Shown piece after piece: positions 1-7,865 of a DNA stretch of 32,000 nt (positions are counted from its first letter, which is position 1; every line of letters begins with the position of its first letter). The notes below the pieces were generated by a model that was given only the letters and a program-made list of their open reading frames with translations, ran no database searches and was not told where the DNA came from. The position numbers were made by a program, and so were the translations under genes. This DNA is from Betaproteobacteria bacterium Ga0077527 (GTDB taxonomy: Bacteria; Pseudomonadota; Gammaproteobacteria; Burkholderiales; SG8-41), in contig LNDW01000021.1 of assembly GCA_001464815.1 (NCBI GenBank), positions 116,218 to 148,217 of the forward strand, read 5' to 3'.

Positions 1-1020
1 GCGGTGGCCGAGCGCGAGCGGGCGAACGGCACGGCACTGCTGCGCGCCACGGTGCTGGGTTATGACGTCTGCGCGCGGATGTCGATCGCGCTCGGCATCG
101 AGCGCTTCCGCGAACGCGGCCATTCCACCCACAGCTTCGGCCACATGTTCGGTGCCGCCGCGGCAGCGGCAGCCATTCTGAAACTCAACGTCGACCAGAC
201 GCGTTACCTGCTGTCGTACACCGCGCAGCAGGCCTCGGGCCTGTCGTGTTGGGCGCGCGACATCGAGCACATCGAAAAGGCCTTTGATTTCGGCGGCATG
301 CCGGCACGGAATGGGGTGACTGCCGCGCTGATGACGTCGATGAAGTTCACCGGCGTCGAGGATGTGTTCGACGGCGACCGCAGCTTTTTCCACGCCCATG
401 GCCTGACCGCCAGTCCGGAGAAGCTGGTGGCGGACCTCGGCCGCCGTTACGAGATCATGAACACATCGATCAAGCGCTGGGCGGTCGGTTATCCGATCCA
501 GGCGCCGCTGGATGCGGTGATGAACCTGATCGAGAAGCATGGCATCAGTGCAAAGGATGTCGAACGTGTAGACATCACCATCGACGACCAGGGTGCGCGC
601 ACCGTCAACCAGCGCACCATGGCCAGCATCAACATCCAGCATCTCGTGGCGGTGATGCTGCTGGACGGCGACATCAGCTTCGCCTCGGCGCATGACGACC
701 GCCGCGTGCGCGACCCGCGCGTGCTGAAGCTGAAGCAGAAGATCGAGCTCAAGGGCAGCGCCGCGCTGGGCCGGGCAAAAACCACCCAGGCCATCGTCGA
801 GATCACCACCCGCGACGGCCGCCGGCTGCGCCACCATACCAAGGCCGTGCGCGGCACCGCGGCCAACCCGATGCCGCGGGCCGAGGTGGCGGCCAAGGCG
901 CATGACCTGCTGCGGCCGCTGCTCGGCGCGCGGCGCAGCGGAAAACTGATCGATACCGTGTGGAACATCGAACGCCTGCGCGATGCGCGCGCGCTGCGGC
1001 CGCTGCTCGCTTTAAAATAA
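1..1020 (+). CDS. MmgE/PrpD (2-methylcitrate dehydratase) family protein, C-terminal part; 5' end lies outside the window
   Basis: The frame is open from base 1 with a stop at 1018-1020. The translation has the family-typical 'HSFGHMFGAAAAAAAILKL' and 'LLSYTAQQASG' segments. The long antisense ORF is Arg/Ser-rich and looks like a shadow. Confidence 0.8.
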   Translation, partial: AVAERERANGTALLRATVLGYDVCARMSIALGIERFRERGHSTHSFGHMFGAAAAAAAILKLNVDQTRYLLSYTAQQASGLSCWARDIEHIEKAFDFGGMPARNGVTAALMTSMKFTGVEDVFDGDRSFFHAHGLTASPEKLVADLGRRYEIMNTSIKRWAVGYPIQAPLDAVMNLIEKHGISAKDVERVDITIDDQGARTVNQRTMASINIQHLVAVMLLDGDISFASAHDDRRVRDPRVLKLKQKIELKGSAALGRAKTTQAIVEITTRDGRRLRHHTKAVRGTAANPMPRAEVAAKAHDLLRPLLGARRSGKLIDTVWNIERLRDARALRPLLALK

Positions 1021-1060
1021 CCCTCTATCACCGGCCGCAAGGGCCACCGAAAGGATCAGC

Positions 1061-2056
1061 ATGACCAAGCGTTACGACCTGCACAGCCACGTCATCCCGC
1101 CGACCATCATCGCGGCGATGGAAAAAGACCCTAAGCGCTTCCACACCAGTATCACCGAGAAGGACGGCAAAAAATATTTTGATGTCCACGGCCGCCCGGC
1201 GATATTGAGCCCGGATTTCTACGATGCCGACGCCAAGGTCGAGTGGATGAACCGCAACAAGCTCGACGTGTCGGCGATTTCGGTCGGCCCGCCGATCTAT
1301 TTCTACTGGCTGCCGGCGGAAGCCGGCCTTTATGCGGCGCAGCTCGCCAACGACGGCATCGCGCAGATGGTCGCCAAACATCCTTCGCGCCTGCGCGGCA
1401 TGGCGCACCTGCCGATGCAGGACCCGGACGCGGCAATCACCGAGCTCGAGCGCGTGGTCAAGGAATACGGTTTCAAGGCGGTGGAGCTGGCGACCTCGAT
1501 CGAAGGCACGCCGCTCGCGGCGCAGAAGTACCGCAAGGTGCTGAAGACCATCGAGCAACTGGGCTGTTTCATCTTCGCCCACCCCTACCAGTGCCTGGCC
1601 AAGGGCGGCATGGAGGATTACTACCTGTCGAACTTCGTCGGCTTCCCGCTCGACACCACGCTGATGGTCGCGCACCTGATGTTCAGCGGCGCGATGGACG
1701 AAATGCCCAAGCTCCGCGTGGTGCTGCCGCACGGCGGCGGCTTCATTCCGTACCAGATCGGGCGTTTCCGCCACGGCCACCAGGTGCGCAACGAGCCCAA
1801 GGTCAACAACCCCACGCCGCCGCGCGAACTGTTCAAGCGTTTCTACTTCGACTGCCTGACCCACGATCCGCAGGCCGCCAAATACCTGATCGACCAGGTC
1901 GGCGCCGACCGCGTGGTGATCGGCACCGATCATCCCTTCGACATGGCGCCGCTGGATGTGCCGGCGGCAGTGGACGGCATTCCGGGGCTGACTGCGGAAG
2001 AGAAGGCCTGGGTTTGCGAACGTACCGCGAAAACGCTGCTGGGCGAGCCGCTGTAA
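1061..2056 (+). CDS. Amidohydrolase-2 family metal-dependent hydrolase/decarboxylase (ACMSD-like)
   Basis: ATG at 1061 is preceded by AAGGA at 1051-1055. The motifs 'DLHSHVIPP' (HxH), 'LPHGGGFIPY' and 'VIGTDHPFD' match the PF04909-type metal-ligand pattern. Confidence 0.85.
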   Translation: MTKRYDLHSHVIPPTIIAAMEKDPKRFHTSITEKDGKKYFDVHGRPAILSPDFYDADAKVEWMNRNKLDVSAISVGPPIYFYWLPAEAGLYAAQLANDGIAQMVAKHPSRLRGMAHLPMQDPDAAITELERVVKEYGFKAVELATSIEGTPLAAQKYRKVLKTIEQLGCFIFAHPYQCLAKGGMEDYYLSNFVGFPLDTTLMVAHLMFSGAMDEMPKLRVVLPHGGGFIPYQIGRFRHGHQVRNEPKVNNPTPPRELFKRFYFDCLTHDPQAAKYLIDQVGADRVVIGTDHPFDMAPLDVPAAVDGIPGLTAEEKAWVCERTAKTLLGEPL

Positions 2057-2160
2057 ACACCGGGCAGTGGCCTGATGCCGGGAGCAGGCAATAATCCACT
2101 GAGTTGAAACATTTTTTGTCGTAAGCTGGCGCTTCATCAACCGTTGGCAGGGGAGTCGCA

Positions 2161-3348
2161 ATGGCCAAGTTCGACCTGAGCAAGCTGAAATTGCCCAAAC
2201 TCGGTGGCAAAAAAGGGGGCGATGAACCCGCGCCGGTTGCGGCTGCTGAAGATGGCGGCCGCAAGAAAAAGATGGTGATGGGCGCTGTTGGTGTTCTCAC
2301 CATTGCGATCATCGGCTGGATGGGCTGGGATGCCTTCATGGCCGAGCCCCCGCCGCCGCCGCCCCCGCCGCCACCGGTGGCCGTCAAACCCAAGCCGCCC
2401 GCCGAAGTGCCGCCGGAAAAGCTGGTTGATCAGCTGCTGGAGAATTCCGGTCTCGGCAAGCAGCTGGCGCAGATCCCGGAAAAGGTCGCGCTCGGTGTGC
2501 GCCAGTCCTCGGCCAAGCCGCGTGACGCTGCGCTGCTTGCCGATGTCGAGAAAATCATGAGCGATGCGTTCAGCGCCGATCGTTTCCTGCAGCGCGTGCG
2601 CGGCACCCTGAAAACGGATTTTGACCGCAAGCGCGTGGAAAGCCTCAACAAGACGCTGTCTTCGCCAGCGATGAAAAAAATGATCGAGCTGGAGTCCGCG
2701 CCACAGAAAGGCGAGGACATGGCGGCTTTTGCCAAGGAACTCGGCAAGGCGCCGCTGCCGCCGGAGCGTGTGCAGGTGCTCAACGGTCTCGCAGAAACCA
2801 CGCGTGCGCCGGAATTCGCGACCGAGATGGTCGTTGGCATCACCCGTGCAATGATGATGAGTGCGGTCAGCGGCGATGCGGCGACGATGACCAAGTTCGA
2901 CGCCGCCTTCGAAAAGCAGAAGGGCAAACTCGCACAGGCGGTGCGTGATGCCACCGTGCTCAGTTTTGCTTACACCTACCGTGCGGTGCCGGATGCGGAG
3001 CTGGCCGAATACGCCAGGTTCTACGCCACTGAAGACGGCAAGTGGTTCATGGACAAGGTGATGGGCGCGATCCTCGAAGAGTCACGCGCCAGCGCCACGC
3101 AGGCCGGCGCCAAGCTGGCTGAAGCGGCCAAGGCGCGCAAGGGTGGTGCGGCCTCCGCACCGGCCATGGCAAAAGCACCTGTCGCAGCCCCCGCTGCATC
3201 TGCATCGGCGCCAGCTGCGGCTGATGCTCCGGCAGGTACCGCAGGCTCCGCGCCGATGCTCACCGCGCGCGCGAAACTCGATGCCCGTGAGTGCCTGAAG
3301 TTCGATACCAATCAGGCGGTGCATCGCTGCGCCGAACGTTTCCGCTGA
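2161..3348 (+). CDS. Membrane-anchored Pro/Ala-rich protein of unknown function
   Basis: ATG at 2161 follows GGGGAG at 2149-2154. The N-terminus is basic and is followed by one hydrophobic helix (MVMGAVGVLTIAIIGWMGW), then 10 consecutive Pro codons at 2347-2376. The C-terminus is Ala/Pro low-complexity and ends in C-x11-C. A strong terminator follows the gene. Confidence 0.6.
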   Translation: MAKFDLSKLKLPKLGGKKGGDEPAPVAAAEDGGRKKKMVMGAVGVLTIAIIGWMGWDAFMAEPPPPPPPPPPVAVKPKPPAEVPPEKLVDQLLENSGLGKQLAQIPEKVALGVRQSSAKPRDAALLADVEKIMSDAFSADRFLQRVRGTLKTDFDRKRVESLNKTLSSPAMKKMIELESAPQKGEDMAAFAKELGKAPLPPERVQVLNGLAETTRAPEFATEMVVGITRAMMMSAVSGDAATMTKFDAAFEKQKGKLAQAVRDATVLSFAYTYRAVPDAELAEYARFYATEDGKWFMDKVMGAILEESRASATQAGAKLAEAAKARKGGAASAPAMAKAPVAAPAASASAPAAADAPAGTAGSAPMLTARAKLDARECLKFDTNQAVHRCAERFR

Positions 3349-3363
3349 GCGCTTTGCAGGCTT

Positions 3364-3393
3364 AAAAAAGCGCAGCCTTGGCTGCGCTTTTTT
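3364..3393. terminator. Bidirectional rho-independent terminator
   Basis: The sequence aaaaaaGCGCAGCCttGGCTGCGCtttttt is a GC stem flanked by an A-run and a T-run. It lies between convergent genes that end at 3348 (+) and 3424 (-). Confidence 0.75.
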
Positions 3394-3423
3394 ATTGCGG
3401 TTTGAGGACCGGCCGCCCGTTCA

Positions 3424-4395
3424 TCAACCGCCTGATGCCGCCTTGATGCCGGCTGACTTCACCAGCCTGCCGAATTTCTCGACTTCGGCCTTCAGATAGG
3501 CGTGGAACTGTTCCGGCGAACCGCCGATGATCTGCGCGCCGACATCGGCATGGCGTTTCTGGATGTCCGGATCGGTGAGGATGGCGGTGAACTCCTTGTG
3601 CAGGCGGCCCTGGATCGCCGCCGGCAGGCCGGCCGGTCCGGCAACCGCCGACCATGACGAGTTTTCGTAACCCGGCACGCCGGCTTCGGCGATGGTTGGC
3701 AGCTCCGACAGCACCGCCAGCCGCTTGGCACCGGTGGTCGCCAGCGCGCGCACACGTCCGGCCTGGACGAAGGGCACGGTCGAGATCGCGTTGTTGAACA
3801 GCACCTGGATCTGGCCGGCGACCAGATCGGTCAGCGACGGTGCCGAGCTCTTGTACGGCACGTGGATCATCCGGGTGTTGGTCATCAGCGTGAACAGTTC
3901 ACCACTGATATGGCCGAAGCCGCCGACGCCCGAAGAGCCGTAGTTCAGTTCTCCCGGCCGTGAGCGGGCAAGTGCCACCAGTTCCTTCACCGATTTAACC
4001 GGCACCGAGGGATGCACCACCAGCACGCCGGGCGAGGTCGAGACCTGGATGATCGGCGTGAAATCCTTCAATACGTCAAACGACAGCTTGTAGAGGTGCG
4101 GGTTCACCGCCCAGGTGCCGACCGTGGCGATGACGATGGTGTAGCCATCGGGCGGCGCCTTGACGGTGAGTTCCATGCCGATGTTGCCGCCGGCACCGCC
4201 GCGGTTGTCCACCAGCACCTGCTGGCCGAGGCGCTGGGCGAGTTTTTCGCCAAGCATGCGGCCCTGGATGTCGGTCGGGCCGCCGGGCACGAAGGGCACC
4301 ACGAAGCGCACCGGCTTGACCGGGTAGGTTTGTGCAAAAGCGCTGCAGCTGCCAAGTAAAACGATGGCTGCAAGGCCACGCCAGGTGATGGTCAT
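3424..4395 (-). CDS. Bug/TctC family tripartite tricarboxylate transporter substrate-binding protein
   Basis: The supplied ORF (to 4947) was trimmed to the ATG at 4393-4395, which is preceded by GGAGG. That gives a signal peptide 'MTITWRGLAAIVLLGSCSAFAQ' followed by 'PVRFVVPFVPGGPTD' and 'VDNRGGAGGNIG', both Bug hallmarks. Confidence 0.9.
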   Translation of the reverse strand: MTITWRGLAAIVLLGSCSAFAQTYPVKPVRFVVPFVPGGPTDIQGRMLGEKLAQRLGQQVLVDNRGGAGGNIGMELTVKAPPDGYTIVIATVGTWAVNPHLYKLSFDVLKDFTPIIQVSTSPGVLVVHPSVPVKSVKELVALARSRPGELNYGSSGVGGFGHISGELFTLMTNTRMIHVPYKSSAPSLTDLVAGQIQVLFNNAISTVPFVQAGRVRALATTGAKRLAVLSELPTIAEAGVPGYENSSWSAVAGPAGLPAAIQGRLHKEFTAILTDPDIQKRHADVGAQIIGGSPEQFHAYLKAEVEKFGRLVKSAGIKAASGG

Positions 4396-4459
4396 TTGCG
4401 GTTCCTCCAAAGGTTGTTGTTCGAATTGTCCGCTGATTGTAGCCGAGCGGCGGTTTGCG

Positions 4460-4488
4460 TTGACCTGCGGCAGGGCAGCGTGGAAAAT
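4460..4488 (+). promoter_or_regulatory. Candidate sigma70 promoter for the Bug gene at 4552
   Basis: TTGACC (4460-4465), a 17-nt spacer, then GAAAAT (4483-4488). The right arm of a 9-bp inverted repeat (CCGCTGATT 4430-4438 / AATCAGCGG 4486-4494) overlaps the -10 element. Confidence 0.3.
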
Positions 4489-4551
4489 CAGCGGCAGAAC
4501 AACGCGCTGCGCTCCACCGCGCAGCTGATAACGATCCACCCGGAGGCCTCC

Positions 4552-5526
4552 ATGAAGTTTCGTCCGTCGCTGGCCGCAGTCGCGGCCGCCATGATCATCT
4601 GCGCTGCCCCCGCCACCGTGTTGGCGCAGGTATTTCCCGCCAAACCGATCCGCCTGGTGCTGCCGTTCCCGCCTGGCGGCGGTACCGATATTCTCGGCCG
4701 CATGCTCGCGCAGCGTCTCGGCGAGAGCTACGGCCAGACGGTGATTGCCGAAAACCGGCCCGGTGCCGGCGGCAATGTTGGCGCCGAATTCACCGCGCGC
4801 CAGGCGCCCGATGGCTACACCATCGTGCTGTGCTCGCCTTCGATCTCGATCAGCCCGAGCCTGTACAAAAAGCTCAACTACGATCCGCTGAAAGATCTGG
4901 CACCGATTGGCCTGGTGGCCTCGATCCCCAATCTGCTGGTGGTGCATCCGTCAGTACCGGTGCGCAATGTGCAGGAGTTGATTGCGCTGGCACGCAGGAA
5001 TCCCGGCAAGCTCAATTTTGGTTCCGGCGGCGCCGGCACCACCAACGATCTTGGTGCGCGCTACTTCATCGCCGAAAACAAACTGAAGATCGAGATGATC
5101 CCGCACAAGGGTGCCAACCAGGCGCAGACCGCGCTGATCTCCGGCGAGGTCGACATGCTGGTGATCGGCACCGCGGCCGCGGCACCCTTCGTCAAGTCGG
5201 GCAAGCTGCGCGCGCTGGCGGCACTCGGCGACAAGCGGGATGCCGCGGTGCCCGAAGTGCCGACCGTGGTCGAGGCCGGTGTGCCGTGGTTCAAGGTTGA
5301 TACCTGGTACGGCATGCTCGCACCGGCCGGCACGCCGCGCGAGATCATCAACCGCCACAACGCCGAGCTGGTAAAAGTGCTCAACGATCCGGCCACGCGC
5401 AAGCTGTTCGCCGGCCGAGGCACCGACGTGCTGACCAGCACGCCGGAGGAATTCGCGAAGTTCATCCGCTCCGAGGCCGAACGCTGGGGCAAGGTGGTGC
5501 GCCAGTCCGGCGCCACTGCTGACTGA
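4552..5526 (+). CDS. Bug/TctC family substrate-binding protein
   Basis: ATG at 4552 follows GGAGG at 4542-4546. It has the signal peptide 'MKFRPSLAAVAAAMIICAAPATVLAQ', then 'PIRLVLPFPPGGGTD' and 'ENRPGAGGNVG'. Confidence 0.9.
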   Translation: MKFRPSLAAVAAAMIICAAPATVLAQVFPAKPIRLVLPFPPGGGTDILGRMLAQRLGESYGQTVIAENRPGAGGNVGAEFTARQAPDGYTIVLCSPSISISPSLYKKLNYDPLKDLAPIGLVASIPNLLVVHPSVPVRNVQELIALARRNPGKLNFGSGGAGTTNDLGARYFIAENKLKIEMIPHKGANQAQTALISGEVDMLVIGTAAAAPFVKSGKLRALAALGDKRDAAVPEVPTVVEAGVPWFKVDTWYGMLAPAGTPREIINRHNAELVKVLNDPATRKLFAGRGTDVLTSTPEEFAKFIRSEAERWGKVVRQSGATAD

Positions 5527-5543
5527 CAGCCTGGAGATAGCTC

Positions 5544-6527
5544 ATGTTGAATCTGAAACATTCGCTGAAACTTTCCGCTGCCGCGGCTCTGGCTGCGCTG
5601 ACGATCAACGCCGGTTTTGTTGCGGCCCAGGACTACCCGACACGCCCGGTGCGCATGATCGTGCCCTTTGCCGCGGGCGGCCCCACCGATGTCATCGCGC
5701 GGGTGGTGGCGCAGAAGCTGACCGAGGGCCTCGGTCAGCAGGTGGTGGTGGACAACCGCGCCGGAGCCGGCGGCAACCTCGGCATGGGGCTGGCCGCCAA
5801 TGCACCGGCCGACGGCCATACGCTGATTGTGGTCAGCTCCAGCTTCGTGGTGAACCCGGGCCTGTACTCGAGCATCCCCTACGATCCGTACAAGAGCTTC
5901 ATCCCGGTGTCGAACATGGCGGCTTCGCCCAATGTGTTCACCGTGCATCCTTCGCTGGCCGCGCGCAACATGAAGGAGCTGCTGTCATTGGTCGCCGCTG
6001 ATCCGAAAAAATTCTCGGTGGCCACGCCGGGTGTCGGCACCACGCCGGATCTTTCGGCGCAGCTGCTGCGGCTGACCACCAAACTCGACTTTGTCACCGT
6101 GCCTTTTGGTGGCGCCGGCCCGGCGGTGAGCTCGGTGGTGGCGAACCAGACGGCCATCGGCTGCACCGCGCTGCCGCCGACCACGCCGCACATCCAGGGC
6201 GGACGCCTGCGTGGCATTGCCGTCACCGGAATCAAGCGCGCCGGTGCGATCCCCGATGTGCCGACCATGGCCGAAGTCGGCTTCAAGGGCCAGGAGGCGG
6301 ATACGCTGCAGGGCCTGCTGGTGCCGGCCGGCACGCCGAAGGCCATTGTCGACCGCCTGCACGGACAGATCGTGAAAATGATGGCCCAGCCCGACGTGAA
6401 GTCGCGCGTCGAGGGCCTCGGCTTCGACATCATCGCCAGCTCGCCCGCTGAATTTGCTGCCCAGGTGAAGGTAGAGGTGGAGAAGTGGACCCGGGTGGTG
6501 AAAGCGGCTGGCATCAAAGTCAATTAA
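5544..6527 (+). CDS. Bug/TctC family substrate-binding protein
   Basis: ATG at 5544 follows GGAGA at 5533-5537. It has a signal peptide, then 'PVRMIVPFAAGGPTD' and 'VDNRAGAGGNLG'. Confidence 0.9.
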   Translation: MLNLKHSLKLSAAAALAALTINAGFVAAQDYPTRPVRMIVPFAAGGPTDVIARVVAQKLTEGLGQQVVVDNRAGAGGNLGMGLAANAPADGHTLIVVSSSFVVNPGLYSSIPYDPYKSFIPVSNMAASPNVFTVHPSLAARNMKELLSLVAADPKKFSVATPGVGTTPDLSAQLLRLTTKLDFVTVPFGGAGPAVSSVVANQTAIGCTALPPTTPHIQGGRLRGIAVTGIKRAGAIPDVPTMAEVGFKGQEADTLQGLLVPAGTPKAIVDRLHGQIVKMMAQPDVKSRVEGLGFDIIASSPAEFAAQVKVEVEKWTRVVKAAGIKVN

Positions 6528-6542
6528 GCGGAATCAACCAAT

Positions 6543-6604
6543 CTCCCTCGCCCCGCTTGCGGGGACCTCGGTGCCCGGATGGGTAGAGGGTTGGGGTGAG
6601 GGGC
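6543..6604. repeat. GC-rich REP-like intergenic element (CTCCCTC ... hairpin ... GGGGTGAGGG)
   Basis: The sequence is tctccctcgCCCCGCttGCGGGGacctcggtgcccggatgggtagagggttGGGGTGAGGGgcc. It shares its architecture and the GGGGTGAGGG core with 26343-26383. Confidence 0.5.
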
Positions 6605-6617
6605 CCCAAGACAGCCC

Positions 6618-7793
6618 ATGCGCATCATCGACATCCGCGAGACCGCGATTGCGCTGAACTCCAGCCTGCGCAACGCGGTGTTTGATTTCAGTGAAATGAC
6701 CACCTCGGTGGTCGCGGTGGTCACCGACGTGATCCGCGACGGCCGGCCGGTGGTCGGCTTTGCCTTCAACTCCACCGGACGTTATGCCTGTGGCGCGCAG
6801 ATGCGCGCGCGCTTTATTCCGCGCATTTTGAAAGCGGCGCCGGAATCGCTGCTCGATGAAGCGGGCAGCAATCTCGATCCCGAAAAAATTCTCGCCGCGA
6901 TGATGCAGCGGGAAAAACCCGGCGGCCATACCGAACGTTCGGTTGCCATCGGCACCATCGAAGTCGCCTGCTGGGATGCTGCAGCGAAAATCGCCGGTCT
7001 GCCGCTGCATGTGCTGATTGCAAAAAAATACAATAAAAACAAAGAGTTAAAAAAAGTGCCCTGTTATGTCGGCGGCGGCTGGTATGCGCCGGGCAAGGGC
7101 ATCCCGGAATTGCTGGCGGAGATCGAAGAGAAATTCGGCCAGGGCTACCGCACGATGAAAATCAAGGTCGGCGGCCTGTCCATTGCCGAAGATGTCGCGC
7201 GTGTCGAAGCCGCCCTGAAACTGATCGGCGACAGCTCGCGCCTCGCGGTGGACGCCAACGCCGGCTTTGATCGCAGTCGCGCGCTGGCTTACGCAAAAGC
7301 ACTCGCGCCGTACCAACTGCGCTGGTTCGAGGAGCCCACCGACCCGCTGGACTACGCGCTGCTCGCCGAAGTTGTCGCGCTCTATGACGCACCCATTGGC
7401 ACCGGCGAGAACCTGTTCTCGACGCAGGATGTGCGCAACCTGATCACCTTCGGCGGCCTGCGCGCCGACCGCGACATCATCCAGACCGACGTGCCGCAGT
7501 CCTACGGCATCGCGCAGTTCGCGAAAACGCTGGCGATGATGAAGGAATTCGGCTGGTCGCCACAATCCGTGTTCCCCCACGGCGGCAACCAGATGACGCT
7601 GCACATCGTCGGCGGCTTCGGCCTCGGCGGCTGCGAGGCTTATCCGGGTGTGTTCGGCATGTTCGCCGGATTCGCCGACGATGCCAAAGTCGAAGACGGT
7701 TGGCTGAAACTGCCCGACCGCCCCGGCATCGGCTTCGAGGCGCAGAACCTGCTGTATGCCGAGATGAAAAAGCTGGCGCCCGAGCTGGGCTGA
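6618..7793 (+). CDS. Enolase-superfamily enzyme (mandelate racemase/muconate lactonizing family), D-tartrate dehydratase-like
   Basis: It carries 'MKIKVGG' (KxK), candidate metal-ligand motifs 'VDANAGF', 'WFEEP' and 'GTGEN', and 'FPHGGN'. The N-terminus 'IIDIRETAIALNSSLRNAVFDFSEMTTSVVAVVTDV' resembles my recollection of Bradyrhizobium TarD. No clear SD precedes the ATG at 6618. Confidence 0.85.
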   Translation: MRIIDIRETAIALNSSLRNAVFDFSEMTTSVVAVVTDVIRDGRPVVGFAFNSTGRYACGAQMRARFIPRILKAAPESLLDEAGSNLDPEKILAAMMQREKPGGHTERSVAIGTIEVACWDAAAKIAGLPLHVLIAKKYNKNKELKKVPCYVGGGWYAPGKGIPELLAEIEEKFGQGYRTMKIKVGGLSIAEDVARVEAALKLIGDSSRLAVDANAGFDRSRALAYAKALAPYQLRWFEEPTDPLDYALLAEVVALYDAPIGTGENLFSTQDVRNLITFGGLRADRDIIQTDVPQSYGIAQFAKTLAMMKEFGWSPQSVFPHGGNQMTLHIVGGFGLGGCEAYPGVFGMFAGFADDAKVEDGWLKLPDRPGIGFEAQNLLYAEMKKLAPELG

Positions 7794-7865
7794 ATCGCGC
7801 ATCAAGGCCCAAAAGCGGGCCGCAAAACAAATACAACAAGGCATCACCACAAAAGGGGAATCACC

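Noticed and set aside
1028-2161. Long antisense or alternative-frame ORFs opposite well-supported genes. Examples are 1028-2161(-), 5061-5948(-), 7047-7850(-), 8914-9819(+), 14397-15596(-), 19731-20630(-), 20935-22095(+), 23807-24859(+), 26962-28068(-) and 28398-29675(-).
   Set aside because: Their translations are Arg/Ala/Gly/Pro-rich with no recognisable motifs. This is typical of stop-codon-poor shadow frames in high-GC DNA. In every case the opposite frame carries clear family signatures.
2341-2400. The CCG/CCC-rich tract as a non-coding simple-sequence repeat.
   Set aside because: It is in frame within a well-supported ORF and encodes the poly-proline linker. It is reported as a coding feature instead.
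4890-4915. TGGCAC-containing strings (for example 4898 and 4990) as sigma54 -24/-12 promoters.
   Set aside because: The downstream spacing and sequence do not give TTGC at -12, and the sites lie inside coding sequence.
3424-4947. N-terminal extensions of supplied ORFs: 3424-4947, 4396-5526, 12275-14773, 14085-15542, 22092-22961 and 26331-27227.
   Set aside because: The extensions run across neighbouring genes or intergenic DNA and translate to junk. Internal ATG or GTG codons, mostly with SD sequences, give proteins that begin with proper signal peptides or family-typical N-termini.
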